Shown here piece after piece: positions 31,145-44,056 of a stretch of DNA of 64,000 nt (the stretch's first letter is position 1; each line of letters begins with the position of its first letter). The position numbers were made by a program, and so were the translations under genes. The stretch lies in NCBI GenBank assembly GCA_963785725.1, contig CAWAWS010000017.1, forward strand, positions 128,001 to 192,000, written 5' to 3'. Below the pieces are notes generated by a model, which was given only the letters and a program-made list of their open reading frames with translations, was not told the origin of the DNA and did no database searches. This stretch comes from an uncultured delta proteobacterium. GTDB lineage: Bacteria; Myxococcota_A; Polyangia; Palsa-1104.

Positions 31145-31726
31145 ATGAGCAACGACGATCCCAAGCAGGGCAACACCCCCGAAAACTCCGGTCCCGGCGA
31201 AGCGCCGCCGCCGACGCCGATCCACGAGGGCAACGGCGCGCAAGCGAGCGAGGGCTCGCCCGCCTCAGCCGACAAGCTCGAGGAGGAGAAGCGCGAGCTG
31301 AAAGATCGTCTCCTGCGCACGGCGGCCGAGTTCGAGAACTTCAAGCGCCGCTCGAAGAAGGAGATCGACGACGCGGCCACCCGCGGACGCGAGCAGCTCC
31401 TGAAGGAGCTGTTGCCGGCGCTCGACAACCTGGAGCGCGCGCTCAAGCACGCGCCGGCCGGCGATCCGCTGGCGATCGGCGTGCAGCAGACGGAGAAGCA
31501 GCTCCTGCAGGCGCTGGAGAAGTTCGGCGTCGTGCGCTTCTCGTCGGTGGGCAAGCCGTTCGATCCGTCCGTGCACGACGCGATTCAGCAGCTGGAGACG
31601 AGCGAGCATCCGCCGGGCACCGTCGCCGCCGAGTTCGCCTCCGGCTACATGCTCGGCCAGCGCCTCTTGCGCCCGGCCATGGTCGCGGTCGCCAAGCCGC
31701 CCGCTGACGGCAGCGCGCTGCAGTAG
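31145..31726 (+). CDS. grpE: Nucleotide exchange factor GrpE
   Basis: RTAAEFENFKRR, LLPALDNLERA, FDPSVHDA and GY...LLRPAMVAV motifs. Confidence 0.97.
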   Translation: MSNDDPKQGNTPENSGPGEAPPPTPIHEGNGAQASEGSPASADKLEEEKRELKDRLLRTAAEFENFKRRSKKEIDDAATRGREQLLKELLPALDNLERALKHAPAGDPLAIGVQQTEKQLLQALEKFGVVRFSSVGKPFDPSVHDAIQQLETSEHPPGTVAAEFASGYMLGQRLLRPAMVAVAKPPADGSALQ

Positions 31727-31771
31727 CCGATTCGCTCCATTTACATGATTTGTGATACGATTCTGGGCTAG

Positions 31772-33604
31772 ATGGCCCGCGTCGTCGGCATCGACTTGGG
31801 GACCACCAACAGCTGCGTCGCCTTCCTCGAAGGCGACAAGGCCGTCGTGATCCCGAACGCCGAAGGCAGCCGCACGACGCCGTCGATCGTCGCCTTCGCG
31901 CAGTCGGGCGAGCGGCTCGTCGGCCAAATGGCCAAGCGGCAGTCGGTCACGAACTCCGAGCACACCGTCAACGCCGTCAAGCGGCTGATCGGCCGCAAAA
32001 AAGAAGATCCGGCGATCGCGCAGCACTTGAAGGTCACGACCTACGAAGTCGTGGCCGCCGACAACGGCGATGCGCGCGTGCGCCTGCGCGGCAAGGACTA
32101 CTCGCCGGCCGAGATCTCCGCGATGGTGCTGTCGAAGATGCGCGAGATCGCCGAGGAATATCTGGGCGAAGCGGTCACCGAAGCGGTCATCACCGTCCCC
32201 GCCTACTTCGACGATGCGCAGCGCCAAGCGACCAAGGACGCCGGTAAAATCGCCGGGCTCGACGTCTTGCGCATCATCAACGAGCCGACCGCGGCCGCGC
32301 TCGCGTACGGCGCCGATGCGCCCAAGGACGAGCGCGTCGCCGTCTACGATCTCGGCGGCGGCACGTTCGATATCTCGATCTTGGAGCTCAAGGGCGGCGT
32401 CTTCGACGTGCGCTCGACCAACGGCGACACCTATCTCGGCGGCGAAGACTTCGATCGCCGCATCATCGACTGGCTGGCCGAGCAGTTCCAGACGCAGCAC
32501 GGGATGGACCTGCGCGGCGAGAAGATGGCGCTGCAGCGACTGAAGGAAGCGGCCGAGCGCGCCAAGCACGAGCTGTCGTCGTCGCTCGAGACCGAGGTGA
32601 ATTTGCCGTTCATCGCGGCGACGGCGGCCGGTCCGCTGCATCTGCAGACGCGCCTGACGCGCGGCAAGCTGGAGACGCTGGTCGAGGATTTGGTGCAGCG
32701 CTCGCTCGATCCCTGCAAGGTGGCGCTCAAAGACGCGGGGCTGCAGCCGAAGGACATCGACCAGGTGATCCTCGTCGGCGGGCAGACGCGCATGCCGCGC
32801 GTGCAGCAGATCGTCGAGGATTTCTTCGGCAAGAAGCCAAACAAGCGCGTCGATCCCGACGAGGTCGTGGCCGTCGGCGCGGCGCTGCAAGCGGGAATTT
32901 TGAAGGGCGCGGTGCAGGAAGTGCTGCTGCTCGACGTGACGCCGCTGTCGCTCGGCGTGCAGACGGCCGGCGGCGTGTTCACGGCGCTGATCCCGAAGAA
33001 CACGACGATTCCGACGCGCAAACAAGAGGTGTTCTCGACGGCGGTGGACAATCAGCCGTTCGTCGAAGTGCACGTCTTGCAAGGCGAGCGCGACATGGCC
33101 GAGGACAACAAGTCGTTGGCGCGCTTTCAGCTGCTCGGCATTCCACCGGCGCCGCGCGGCGTTCCGCAGATCCAGGTCACGTTCGACATCGACGCCAACG
33201 GCATCGTCTCGGTCAGCGCCAAAGATCTGGGCACGCAAAAAGAGCAGTCGGTGCGCGTCGTGCCGACGAGCGGACTGACCGAGGGCGACATCACGCGCCT
33301 CATCGCCGAGGCCGACGCGCAGAAGGATTCGGACGCGGTCAAGCGCGAGACGGCCGAGCTCAAGCTGACGCTGGAGTCGCTCTTGTACACGACCGATCGC
33401 GCGCTCACCGAATATGGACATGTCCTGTCGCAGCAAGATCGCGAGGCGATCGTGGCCGAGGTCAAAGCCGCGAAGGACATGATCGACGCCGGCAACCTCG
33501 ACGAGCTGCGCATGATGCAAGGCCGCGTGGAATCGGTGGCGCAGAAGATCGGCGAAGCCATGTACGCTCAGGCTTCGGCCTCGGGCGGCGACGACTCGGA
33601 GTAA
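31772..33604 (+). CDS. dnaK: Hsp70 chaperone DnaK
   Basis: [41 protein letters not shown] and GIPPAPRG motifs. Confidence 0.97.
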   Translation: MARVVGIDLGTTNSCVAFLEGDKAVVIPNAEGSRTTPSIVAFAQSGERLVGQMAKRQSVTNSEHTVNAVKRLIGRKKEDPAIAQHLKVTTYEVVAADNGDARVRLRGKDYSPAEISAMVLSKMREIAEEYLGEAVTEAVITVPAYFDDAQRQATKDAGKIAGLDVLRIINEPTAAALAYGADAPKDERVAVYDLGGGTFDISILELKGGVFDVRSTNGDTYLGGEDFDRRIIDWLAEQFQTQHGMDLRGEKMALQRLKEAAERAKHELSSSLETEVNLPFIAATAAGPLHLQTRLTRGKLETLVEDLVQRSLDPCKVALKDAGLQPKDIDQVILVGGQTRMPRVQQIVEDFFGKKPNKRVDPDEVVAVGAALQAGILKGAVQEVLLLDVTPLSLGVQTAGGVFTALIPKNTTIPTRKQEVFSTAVDNQPFVEVHVLQGERDMAEDNKSLARFQLLGIPPAPRGVPQIQVTFDIDANGIVSVSAKDLGTQKEQSVRVVPTSGLTEGDITRLIAEADAQKDSDAVKRETAELKLTLESLLYTTDRALTEYGHVLSQQDREAIVAEVKAAKDMIDAGNLDELRMMQGRVESVAQKIGEAMYAQASASGGDDSE

Positions 33605-33626
33605 GCAATCCCCCAATGAACAAGAG

Positions 33627-34722
33627 ATGAACAAGAAACGCGATTACTACGATGTGCTCGGCGTCCCGCGCGATGCCGATGCGGTGGTCCTGAAGCGCGC
33701 CTATCGCGAGCTGGCGCTGAAGTTTCACCCCGATCAAAACCCGGACAATCCCGAGGCCGAGGCCAGCTTCAAAGAGGTCTCGGAAGCCTACACGGTGCTG
33801 TCGGAGCCCGACGCGCGCGCGAAGTACGATCGGCGCGGCTTCGAAGGCGTCGGCGGCGGCGGAGTCGGCGTCGACGTCGGCGGCTTCACCGATCTCTTCG
33901 AGTCGCTGTTCGGGGATCTCTTCGGGAAGAAGAAGGGCGCGACCAAGACGCTCGGCCGCGACCTGCGCTACACGCTCGAGATTGTCGTTCGAAGAGGCGG
34001 CGCTGGGCGTCACCAAGACCATCCGCTTCCCGTCGCCCGTCGAGTGCGCGACCTGCAAAGGCTCGGGCGCCAAAGGCGGCGAAGCGGGCATGAAGACCTG
34101 CGCCAGCTGCGCCGGCAAAGGCGAGATCAAGGTCCAACAGGGCTTCTTTTCGCTGTCGAAGAAGTGCCCGACCTGCAGCGGCGTCGGCAAAGTCGTCGGC
34201 GACGCCTGCGACGTCTGCAAAGGCGCCGGCACCGTCGAGCAGGAGCGCGAGTTCGAGGTCACCATCCCGGCCGACACCGAAGACGGCGCCACGCGGCGCG
34301 TCGCCGGGCAAGGCGAGCCCGGCCGTCGCGGCGGCAATCCCGGCGATCTCAACGTCATCGTGCGCGTGCGGCCGCATCCGATCTTCCGGCGCGAGCAGGG
34401 CGTCGTCAGCTCCGACGTGCCGATTTCGATCGTGCAGGCGGCGCTGGGCGCGGTCATTCAGGTGCCGACGCTCGACGGCTCGGTCGACATGCGCGTGCCG
34501 GCCGGCACGCAGTCGGGCACGCTCTTCCGCCTGCGCGGCAAAGGCGCCGGCAAACCCAACGCGCGCGGCGATGCGCACGTGCGGCTGATCGTCGAGACGC
34601 CGGCGGCGCTGACTGCCAAGCAACGCGAATTGTTCGAACAATTGAAGACGTCGCTGACCGAAGAGCAAAATCCCTTACAAAAAACCTACGCCGCGAAATT
34701 GCGGGAAACGTCGGGCGGATAA
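33627..34722 (+). CDS. dnaJ: Chaperone DnaJ; +1 indel near 33981
   Basis: J domain with HPD, four CxxCxGxG repeats and a C-terminal domain (GTQSG...LRGKG). Confidence 0.95.
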
Positions 34723-34743
34723 TCGTGTTATCGTCGCCAGCGC

Positions 34744-35118
34744 ATGGCGGATAAGCTGCGCGTGCTCTTTGTCGACGACGATCCGGCGTCGGCCCGGCTC
34801 TACCGGAGCTACCTCACGGCCGAAGGGCATGACGTGATGGTCGCGAATTCCGGAATCGAAGGCGTCGAGGCGACCGAACGCAACCAGTTCGACGTCGTCG
34901 TGATGGACCTGAACATGCCCGGCCTCGACGGCTGGATGTCGATGTCGCTCATCAAGGCGCGGCGGCCGAAGTTGCCGGTCGTCGTCCTGACCGGTGAGAC
35001 CGGGCGCGACTTGGAGTCGCGCGCGAAGACGGCGGGCGCCGCCGGTTTTCTGCAGAAGCCGTGTCAGCCGGACGTGCTCATCCGCGCCCTGAAGCGCGCG
35101 ATCACGCCGCCGTCGTAG
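34744..35118 (+). CDS. Single-domain response regulator (receiver)
   Basis: [18 protein letters not shown] and QKP: the phosphorylation site is intact. Confidence 0.92.
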   Translation: MADKLRVLFVDDDPASARLYRSYLTAEGHDVMVANSGIEGVEATERNQFDVVVMDLNMPGLDGWMSMSLIKARRPKLPVVVLTGETGRDLESRAKTAGAAGFLQKPCQPDVLIRALKRAITPPS

Positions 35119-35180
35119 CCTTTCGCGAATATTCATTCGAGACGTAGATCGCTTCGCGTGGCCCGCGCGTTCGAGCGGGC

Positions 35181-36296
35181 ATGCGTACAACTGCGATTCT
35201 CGCCGGGCTCATCCTGTATTCGTCGGTGGCGTTCGCGCGCGGACTGCCGCGGCAACAGCAGCAGCAAGCGAAGAAGGTGGATCTCGTCATCGCGCTCGAC
35301 ACGTCGTCGAGCATGGACGGGCTCATCGATTCGGCGCGCGCCAAGCTGTGGGACGTCGTGAACTTGCTGGCGCACGCGACGCCGCAGCCGATCCTGCGCG
35401 TCGGCGTCATCAGCTACGGCAACAGCGGCTATGACGCCAACGCCGGCTGGGTGCGCCGCGACGTCGAGCTGACCACGAACCTCGACGGCGTGTACGAGAA
35501 ATTGTTCGCGTTACGAACCAATGGCGGCGAGGAGTATGTGGCGCGCGCCGTTCACGACGCGACCAACGACATGAAGTGGGACCAAGATCAGGCGACGCTC
35601 AAGATCATCTTCGTCGCCGGTAACGAGCCGGCCAACCAAGATCCCAAGATTCCCGTCGAGCAGGCGCTGGCCGAGGCGCGGCAGCGGGGCATCTTCGTCA
35701 ACTCGATCTATTGCGGCAGCCAGACCGCGCCGGAGTCGGCGGGCTGGCTAAAGGTGGCGCAGCTCGGTCACGGCGAGTTCGCGGCGATCGACCAGAACCA
35801 CGTCGTCGCCATCGCCACGCCGCTGGACGCCGAGCTGGCGCGGCAGTCGCACTTGCTCGACGAGACCTACGTCGGTTATGGCGACAGCGGCGGCCGGCGG
35901 GCGGCGCTGCAGCAGTCGATGGATGCGACGGCGGTCGCCGCCAGCGCGCCGGCGGCCGCGGCGCGTGCGACGGCCAAGGCGTCGCCGCTCTATCGTAACG
36001 AGGAGTGGGATCTCGTCGACGCGCGGGCGCACGACGAGATGAAACTGGTCACGATGCCGAAGTCCGCGCTGCCGGCGCCGATGCGCGCGATGAGCGACAA
36101 AGAGCGCAGCGCCTATCTCGACGGCAAGGCGAAAGATCGCGCCGCGGTGCAAAAGCGCATCGCCGACCTCTCGAAGCAGCGCGAGGAGTATTTGGCGGCC
36201 GAGCGCAAGAAGTCGAAGACCGCGCACAACGGCTTCGACGACGCGGTGACGACGACCATCAAGAACGAAGCGACCACGGCCGGCTTCAAGTTCTAA
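35181..36296 (+). CDS. Secreted von Willebrand factor A domain protein
   Basis: Signal peptide, MIDAS motif DTSSSM, TNGGEE, AGNE and WDLVD, followed by a coiled-coil tail. Confidence 0.85.
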   Translation: MRTTAILAGLILYSSVAFARGLPRQQQQQAKKVDLVIALDTSSSMDGLIDSARAKLWDVVNLLAHATPQPILRVGVISYGNSGYDANAGWVRRDVELTTNLDGVYEKLFALRTNGGEEYVARAVHDATNDMKWDQDQATLKIIFVAGNEPANQDPKIPVEQALAEARQRGIFVNSIYCGSQTAPESAGWLKVAQLGHGEFAAIDQNHVVAIATPLDAELARQSHLLDETYVGYGDSGGRRAALQQSMDATAVAASAPAAAARATAKASPLYRNEEWDLVDARAHDEMKLVTMPKSALPAPMRAMSDKERSAYLDGKAKDRAAVQKRIADLSKQREEYLAAERKKSKTAHNGFDDAVTTTIKNEATTAGFKF

Positions 36297-36337
36297 CGCG
36301 AGCACCTTCGCGGTCGCGATGCGTTAGCCTTTGGCGC

Positions 36338-37015
36338 ATGTCCATTCCTACCGACGGGCCGCGCTGGCTTTATCTGCACGGCTTCGCTTCCGGTCCGCAG
36401 TCGGCCAAGGCCGTCGCGCTCGCCAATCACTACCAAACCAAGGGTATCGCGCTCGAACGCCTGAATTTGCGCGTGCCGAGCCTGGAGCAGCTGTCGTTGA
36501 GCGCGGGCCTCACGACGGTGCGCGCGGCCATCGGCGACGACGCGCGGCAGCGGGCGGTGCTCATCGGGTCGAGCTTGGGCGGCTTCACGGCGGCGCTGGC
36601 GGCGGCCGACGACCCGCGCGTCTGCGCGTTGGTGCTGCTGGCGCCGGCGTTCGACCTCGTGGCGCGCTGGCAGCGGCGCATGGGCGACGCCAACTGGCAG
36701 CGCTGGCAAACGAGCGGCTGGCTCGCCATCGACGACTGGACGACGCGGCAAAAGTCGCGCTTGTCGTTCGACTTCATCCGCGACGCCGCCGCCGTCGAAG
36801 CGCGGCTCGGCGGCTGGCCCGACGTGCGCGTGCCGACGCTCATCGTCCACGGCGTCCACGACGACACCGTCAGCATCGACGGCTCGCGCAAGTGGGCCGC
36901 CGGCAAACGCCACGTGCGGCTCGTCGAGGTCGACGACAACCACGAGCTGACGCAATCGCTGCCGCGCATCTGCGCCGAAGCCGATGTGCACTTGGCGTCG
37001 TTGCTGGTCGGCTGA
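36338..37015 (+). CDS. YqiA/UPF0227-type alpha/beta hydrolase
   Basis: YLHGFASGPQSAKA, nucleophile elbow GSSLGG, HGVHDD and DDNH. Confidence 0.85.
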   Translation: MSIPTDGPRWLYLHGFASGPQSAKAVALANHYQTKGIALERLNLRVPSLEQLSLSAGLTTVRAAIGDDARQRAVLIGSSLGGFTAALAAADDPRVCALVLLAPAFDLVARWQRRMGDANWQRWQTSGWLAIDDWTTRQKSRLSFDFIRDAAAVEARLGGWPDVRVPTLIVHGVHDDTVSIDGSRKWAAGKRHVRLVEVDDNHELTQSLPRICAEADVHLASLLVG

Positions 37016-37023
37016 TTCCGGCG

Positions 37024-37491
37024 TTATCGGGGCGTGTGCGACATCATCTTCATGAAAATGTAGACGACGGCGCCGAACACGAGGCCGGCGAAGATCGTGC
37101 CGAGCAGCTTGAGCGTCGTCAGCGACGACGGCGGCGTGCGCTCCGACTGCGCGCGCGCCTGGTAAATCCGCTGCGCCAACAGGAGCGTGCGCTCGAGGCC
37201 GGCGCGGGCCCGCGCGTCCTCGGGATTGCCGTCCCGGCGACGGCGATAGTGGGCGGCGGCGACGTCGAGCGCGTCGGCGGAGGCGGCGGCATCGAGGAAT
37301 TTGGCGTGCGCGCCGTCTTCGTCCCACGCGGCCTCGAGCGTGGCCCAAGGCACGTCGATGACGGGATCGACCGGCGGCGCGTCCGCGGCGAAGTGGGCCC
37401 AGCGAGCGACCATGAGACCGCAGCGCGGGCAGGCGCTGGCGCCTTGCCGCCGCTCCTCGTGGCATTTGGGACAGCGCGAAGGCTCCGGCAC
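37024..37491 (-). CDS. Hypothetical protein with N-terminal zinc ribbon and C-terminal TM helix
   Basis: CPKC...CPRCG at the N-terminus and hydrophobic LLGTIFAGLVFGAVVYIFM at the C-terminus. Confidence 0.65.
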   Translation of the reverse strand: MPEPSRCPKCHEERRQGASACPRCGLMVARWAHFAADAPPVDPVIDVPWATLEAAWDEDGAHAKFLDAAASADALDVAAAHYRRRRDGNPEDARARAGLERTLLLAQRIYQARAQSERTPPSSLTTLKLLGTIFAGLVFGAVVYIFMKMMSHTPR

Positions 37492-37555
37492 TGTTCGATC
37501 TTCGCACTTTGACTTGGCGAAGCAAGGCCACCATGTCAAATTGGATACTGTAGCC

Positions 37556-37973
37556 ATGATTGCGTCCGCTGACCTGACAGAGACCTGCCAACAATTGGCG
37601 CGCGATTCGGGTGGCAAGAAAGTCATGCTCGTCGGGATCGACGGCGAGGTGCTGGCGCATGCCGGCAGCGCCGGCGCGCTCGACGACGCCACCGGTGACG
37701 CGCTGGCCCAGCTCATTGCCGACGTCGTCGAAGGTGCCGCCGAAGGGCGCGTGCCGGCGACGAAGGATTCTGGTGGCGTCGCTGCCGGGCGGCTTGCCCG
37801 GCGGGCTGTCGGCCTGCGCGACCGCCGTCGGCGACAAGGCGGCGCTCGTCGTCGTCTTCGACGGCCGCACGACGACGCTGGAGCGCGTGCGGCTCAAGAT
37901 TCGCCGCGCCCGCGAGCTGCTCGGCAAGTCGCTGCCCGCCGTCGCCGTCGCCGAAAAGCCCTCGTCGCATTAG
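37556..37973 (+). CDS. Divergent MglB-like roadblock/LC7 protein; +1 indel near 37770
   Basis: CQQLARDSGGKKVMLVGIDGEVLAHAG and VGDKAALVVVFDGRTTTLERVRLKIRRARELL parallel the start and end of the MglB roadblock fold as I recall it (CDRLTKDANAKVVFLVDKNGQL...VVIFDNRTSLGLVRLRIKKA). Confidence 0.7.
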
Positions 37974-38044
37974 CTAGACGACGCGCTGCTTCGAGGCGTT
38001 CCCGGCCGTCGCTGCCGGCCTGTAACTGCTACTGCCGCTAGTCT

Positions 38045-38071
38045 TTGCGGGCCCCTACGGCCCGCAATTGT
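38045..38071 (+). terminator. Perfect 9-bp stem-loop, possible terminator after the MglB-like gene
   Basis: TTGCGGGCC-CCTAC-GGCCCGCAA followed only by TTGT (weak U-tract). Confidence 0.45.
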
Positions 38072-38151
38072 AACGGGCGACGCTCGAGTTTCTGCGGGCG
38101 CCCGTGACGTTCGCCCAATCTTCAGGTACAATCGCAGTGTTCAACCCTGTC

Positions 38152-38610
38152 ATGGCCGATCGGAGCCGGGACGTAGAGCGCATGATTTTCCTCCGTCGTG
38201 AGGCGGAGAAGATCGTTCGCGAGCTGTTCCAACCGGAGGGAGCCTCGGCCGCCGGGGCTTCGGTGCGTCTACTCGCCGACTTACGGACCGAGGGTGAAGG
38301 CTACGTACTGGAGGTCGAAATGCCGGGAGTGACGCCCGCCGACGTCCATGTCTACTCGCTCGGTGACGCGCTCGTCATCGAGGGCCAAAAGCGTTCGGCG
38401 CTGCCCGCGGGCACGCGTCCGGCCTACGATCGCGCCGAGCGCGACTACGGCTCCTTCCGTCGCGTGTTCGAGCTGCCCGGTCCGGCCGATTTCTCGCAGA
38501 GCGCGGCCTGTTTGCGCGCGGGCATGCTCACCATTCGCGTGCCGCGCATCACCGATCGCCGCGGCCGCGCGCGACCCATCGACGTACGGCTCGAAGACGA
38601 GGGCGCCTGA
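38152..38610 (+). CDS. Hsp20/alpha-crystallin small heat-shock protein
   Basis: LEVEMPGV, LVIEGQK, ERDYGSFRRVFELP and GMLTIRVP motifs. Confidence 0.9.
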   Translation: MADRSRDVERMIFLRREAEKIVRELFQPEGASAAGASVRLLADLRTEGEGYVLEVEMPGVTPADVHVYSLGDALVIEGQKRSALPAGTRPAYDRAERDYGSFRRVFELPGPADFSQSAACLRAGMLTIRVPRITDRRGRARPIDVRLEDEGA

Positions 38611-41045
38611 TGGAATTCATGCCGGACGGCACCATCAAGCAGACGCTCGAAGTGCCGCCGACCTTGGCGCTGTTGCCGATTCGCGATCTCGTCGTGTTCC
38701 CGTATATGGTCGTGCCGTTGATGGTGTCGCGCGAGATGTCGGTCGCGGCCATCGACGAGGCGCTGGCGACCAAAGATCGCCTGGTGATGCTGGCGGCGCA
38801 GCGCGACGAGCGCGAGGACGAGCCGGCCGCCGATTCGATCCACACCTTCGGCACCGTCGGCATGATCATGCGCATGCGCAAGCTGTCCGACGGGCGCATC
38901 AAGGTGCTCGTGCAGGGCCTCATGCGCGCGCGGGTCACCGGCTTCATCCAAAAAGCGCCCTGTTTTACGGTGTCGGTCGAGCGCGTGCCGCAAGATGACG
39001 GCCCGCCGCCCAGTGTCTCGCCGGAAGCCGAGGCGCTGATGCGCGCGGTCAAGGACGACCTCGGCAAGTTCTCGCAGGCGGGAAAGCTGCAGTCGCCCGA
39101 GCTGATGCTGGTGATCAGCGGCGTCGAAGAGCCGGGTCGGCTGGCGGATCTGGTGGCGTCGAACGTGACGATGAAGGTGTCGGTCGGCCAGGCGCTGCTC
39201 GAGGAGCTGGAGCCGGTCGAGCGCTTGCGACGCGTCGGGGCCGTGCTGCGCAAAGAGGTCGAGATCCTCGAGGTGCAAGAGACGATTCAGTCGCGCGCCA
39301 AAGAGGAGATGTCGAAGGCGCAGCGCGAATACTTCTTGCGCGAGCAGCTCAGGCAGATTCAGTCGGAGCTCGGCACCGGCGGCAAAGGCGACCTCGAGAC
39401 GCTGCGCGCGCAAGTGGAGACGGCGCGCATGTCGACCGAAGCGCGCACCGAAGCCGATCGCCAGCTGCGGCGGCTCGAGCAGACCAACGCCGATTCGGTG
39501 GAAGCGGGCGTGCTGCGCGCGTATCTCGAGTGGCTCGTGGAAGTGCCGTGGCAGACGGCGACCGACGACACGCTCGACTTGGCGGCGGCGCGCCACATCC
39601 TCGACGAAGATCACGAGGGCCTGGAAGACGTCAAAGATCGCATCCTCGAGCATCTCGGCGTGTTGAAGCTGATGCGCGAGCGCGGTCGCGACGAGCGCGG
39701 ACCGATCATTTGTTTCGTCGGGCCGCCGGGCGTGGGCAAGACGTCGCTCGGCCGCTCGATCGCGCGCGCGCTCGGCCGGCGGTTTCAGCGTATTTCGCTC
39801 GGCGGCATGCGCGACGAGGCGGAGATTCGCGGCCATCGCCGCACCTACGTCGGCGCGCTGCCGGGGCGGGTCATCCAAGGCATGCGGCAGGCGGGGACGA
39901 TCAATCCCGTCTTCGTGCTCGACGAGATCGACAAGCTGGGTAACGACTTCCGCGGCGATCCGTCGTCGGCGCTGCTCGAGGTCCTCGATCCCGAGCAGAA
40001 TCAGACCTTCCGCGACCATTATCTCGGCGTCGCCTATGACCTGTCGAAGGTGCTGTTCATCGCGACGGCGAACGCGGCCGACCCGATTCCGCGCGCGCTC
40101 GGCGACCGCATGGAGGTCATTCGGCTCGCCGGTTACTCGGAAGAGGAGAAGATGGCGATCACGCGTCGCCACGTGCTGCCGAAGCAGCTGGCGGCGGCGG
40201 GGCTCGATCGCGACGCGTTCAAGATCACCGATCCGGCCCTGCGGACGATGATTACGGAATACACGCGCGAAGCCGGGCTGCGCGATCTCGAGCGGCAGGT
40301 GGCGCGCATCGCCCGCAAAGTGGCGCGGCAAGAGGTCGAAGGCCGCGAAGCGCACAAGAAGCTGAAGCACCCGACGGTGACGCCGACGACGCTGCGCAAG
40401 TGGCTGGGGCCGCCGATGGCGCCGCACCTCAATCGCCAGAGCGTCGTCGACGAAGTGGGCGCGGCGACGGGCCTGGCGTGGACGGCCTATGGCGGCGAGG
40501 TGCTCGAGATCGAAGTGCAGTGGATGCCGGGCAAGGGCTCGCTCATCCTGACCGGTCAGCTCGGCGACGTCATGAAGGAATCGGCCATGACGGCGGTCTC
40601 TTACGCGCGCGCTCGAGCGGCTTCGCTGGGCTTGAAAGAGGGTTTTTATGCCGAGCGCGAGATCCATATTCATGTACCAGCGGGCGCAGTGCCGAAGGAT
40701 GGGCCGTCGGCGGGCGTGACGATGGCGTGCGCGCTCGTGTCGCTCTTGACGAACCAGCCGGTGCGGCGCGACGTGGCGATGACGGGCGAAATCACGCTGC
40801 GCGGGCGCGTCCTGCCGGTCGGCGGGCTCAAGGAGAAGCTCTTGGCGGCGGCGCGAGCGGGGCTGTCGCAGGTGATCGTGCCCGCCGACAACGCGCGCGA
40901 CTTGGAGCAGCTGCCGCAAAAAGCGATGCACGGCCTGCGCGTGGTGTTGGCGACGACGATGGACGACGTGCTCGCGGCGGCGCTTCGGCCAGCCGGCAGC
41001 CGCACGGTTGGAGTCGAGAGCGAAGCGGGAGCGAGTGAGGACTGA
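38610..41045 (+). CDS. lon: ATP-dependent Lon protease
   Basis: LON N-domain, [34 protein letters not shown] (catalytic Ser) and GGLKEK (catalytic Lys). Confidence 0.97.
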   Translation: MEFMPDGTIKQTLEVPPTLALLPIRDLVVFPYMVVPLMVSREMSVAAIDEALATKDRLVMLAAQRDEREDEPAADSIHTFGTVGMIMRMRKLSDGRIKVLVQGLMRARVTGFIQKAPCFTVSVERVPQDDGPPPSVSPEAEALMRAVKDDLGKFSQAGKLQSPELMLVISGVEEPGRLADLVASNVTMKVSVGQALLEELEPVERLRRVGAVLRKEVEILEVQETIQSRAKEEMSKAQREYFLREQLRQIQSELGTGGKGDLETLRAQVETARMSTEARTEADRQLRRLEQTNADSVEAGVLRAYLEWLVEVPWQTATDDTLDLAAARHILDEDHEGLEDVKDRILEHLGVLKLMRERGRDERGPIICFVGPPGVGKTSLGRSIARALGRRFQRISLGGMRDEAEIRGHRRTYVGALPGRVIQGMRQAGTINPVFVLDEIDKLGNDFRGDPSSALLEVLDPEQNQTFRDHYLGVAYDLSKVLFIATANAADPIPRALGDRMEVIRLAGYSEEEKMAITRRHVLPKQLAAAGLDRDAFKITDPALRTMITEYTREAGLRDLERQVARIARKVARQEVEGREAHKKLKHPTVTPTTLRKWLGPPMAPHLNRQSVVDEVGAATGLAWTAYGGEVLEIEVQWMPGKGSLILTGQLGDVMKESAMTAVSYARARAASLGLKEGFYAEREIHIHVPAGAVPKDGPSAGVTMACALVSLLTNQPVRRDVAMTGEITLRGRVLPVGGLKEKLLAAARAGLSQVIVPADNARDLEQLPQKAMHGLRVVLATTMDDVLAAALRPAGSRTVGVESEAGASED

Positions 41046-41742
41046 ATGGCCCAAGTAGATTTCCAGCGGCGCGAAATCGCGATCAAGCTCGTCTATTACG
41101 GGCCGGCCTTGTCGGGCAAGACGACCAACTTGCAGCAGATTCATGCGCGCATGGACCCGAAGCGGCGCGGCAAGCTGCTCACGCTCGATACCAAAGAGGA
41201 TCGCACGCTGTTCTTCGACCTCTTGCCGCTGGCGGTGAAGGCGGCGTCGGGCGTGACGGTCAAGGTCAAGCTGTTCACGGTGCCCGGTCAGGTCATGCAC
41301 AACACGACGCGCAAAGTCGTGCTGCAGGGCTGTGACGGTGTGGCGTTCATCGCCGATTCGCAGATCTCGGAGACCAAGAACAACAACGAGTCGTTCGCCA
41401 ATCTAAAGGCGAACATGAAAGAGAACCGGCTCGACACCGAGGAGATCCCCATCGTCATTCAGTTCAACAAGCGCGACATGCCCAAGGTGCGCACCGACGA
41501 CGACTTGAAGCGCATCGCGTCGCGCGGTCGCGAGCCGGTGTTTCCGGCGACGGCCATCAACGGCGCGGGCGTGCCCGAGACGTTTTTCGGGCTTGGCGGC
41601 GGCGACGTGGGACACGCTCGACAAGAAGATGGGCCTCGCGGAAAAGCACGGCATCTCGCGCGAGGAGCTGCTCACGTCGCTGGCCAAGCAGCTCGGGGTC
41701 GAGCTGCCGCGGCCGGACCGCTTGATGGGCATCGGCAAGTGA
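41046..41742 (+). CDS. MglA-family small GTPase (MglA/SofG-like paralogue); +1 indel near 41592
   Basis: KLVYYGPALSGKTTN, DRTLFFD (intrinsic Arg finger), TVPGQ, ADSQ and NKRD. The corrected tail reads LAAATWDTLDKK...MGIGK and stops at 41742. Confidence 0.9.
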
Positions 41743-41746
41743 TGCG

Positions 41747-42970
<1,224 letters not shown>

Positions 42971-42983
42971 CGGCCGGCGATGC

Positions 42984-44054
42984 GTGGAATTCGTTCTCCA
43001 GCACTTGGCGGCGATCTTGGGCCTGTTGTGCCTGAGCGCGTTCTTTGCCGCGTCGGAGACGGCGATCTTCTCGTTGCCGCGCGTCGCGCGCGAGGCGCTG
43101 GCGGGCAAGTCGGACAAGTCGTCGCAGCGGGTGACGGCGCTGATGGCGCATCCGCGCCGGCTCATCATCACCATCATCGTCTGCAACGAGCTGGTCAACA
43201 TCCTGAACTCGTCGGTGGCGGCGTCGATGACGTCGCAGCTCCTGCCGCACGCGCGCGAGCTGGTGCAGATCAGCATCTCGACGGCGGTGATGTTGCCGCT
43301 GATTCTGTTCTTCGGCGAGATGCTGCCCAAGTCGCTGGCGCTCCGGCTGGGCGAGCGCTTCGCGCTGCCGACGTCGGGGATCTTGTATTGGCTGGCGTAT
43401 GCCATCGCGCCCTTGCGCATCGTGCTGCAGACGATCGCGTCCGGCGTGCTCGCGCTCTTCGGCTCCAAGCCGATGACGCGCGAAGAGGGGCTGCGCGAGG
43501 AGGAGTTTCGCGCGCTCGTCGACGTCGGCTCGGAAGAGGGCGAGCTGCAGGTGGCCGAGCGGCGGCTCATCCACAACGTGTTCGAGTTCGGCGACAACAC
43601 CGTCGGCAAAGTCATGACGCCGGCGGACAAGGTGTTCGCGCTGCCCTACGAGATGCCGCTCGGGCGCATGGTCGAGCAGATCGCGCGGCAGCGGTACTCG
43701 CGCGTACCGGTCTTCTCCAGCGTGCGCGGCAAGGCGACGCGCACCGCCGACGGCAAGCGCGGCGCGCCGCAGCCGGGCACGCGCGAGGTCGTCGGCATCC
43801 TGCTCGCCAAGGAGCTCGTCGGTTACGCGTGGGGCGCGCTCGAAGGCCACACCGTGCAGGATCTGCTGCACCCGGCATTGTTCGTGCCGCGAACTACCAA
43901 GTGCGATCAGCTGTTCCGCGAGTTCCAGCGTAAGCGCACCCATATCGCGCTCGTCGTCGACGAGTACGGCCGCTTGGCGGGCCTGGCGACGATGGAGGAT
44001 CTGCTCGAGGAGCTGTTCGGCGAGATCGCGGACGAAAAAGAGGGACGGCCTTAG
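42984..44054 (+). CDS. CNNM/DUF21-CBS (CorB/hemolysin family) membrane protein, without CorC_HlyC tail
   Basis: [27 protein letters not shown] and VVDEYG...[11 protein letters not shown] motifs. Confidence 0.9.
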   Translation: MEFVLQHLAAILGLLCLSAFFAASETAIFSLPRVAREALAGKSDKSSQRVTALMAHPRRLIITIIVCNELVNILNSSVAASMTSQLLPHARELVQISISTAVMLPLILFFGEMLPKSLALRLGERFALPTSGILYWLAYAIAPLRIVLQTIASGVLALFGSKPMTREEGLREEEFRALVDVGSEEGELQVAERRLIHNVFEFGDNTVGKVMTPADKVFALPYEMPLGRMVEQIARQRYSRVPVFSSVRGKATRTADGKRGAPQPGTREVVGILLAKELVGYAWGALEGHTVQDLLHPALFVPRTTKCDQLFREFQRKRTHIALVVDEYGRLAGLATMEDLLEELFGEIADEKEGRP

Positions 44055-44056
44055 CC

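Noticed and set aside
37974..38151. ROSE-type RNA thermometer before hsp20
   Set aside because: The hairpins lie upstream of the apparent -10 (38127-38132), and no SD-sequestering U(U/C)GCU stem is evident.
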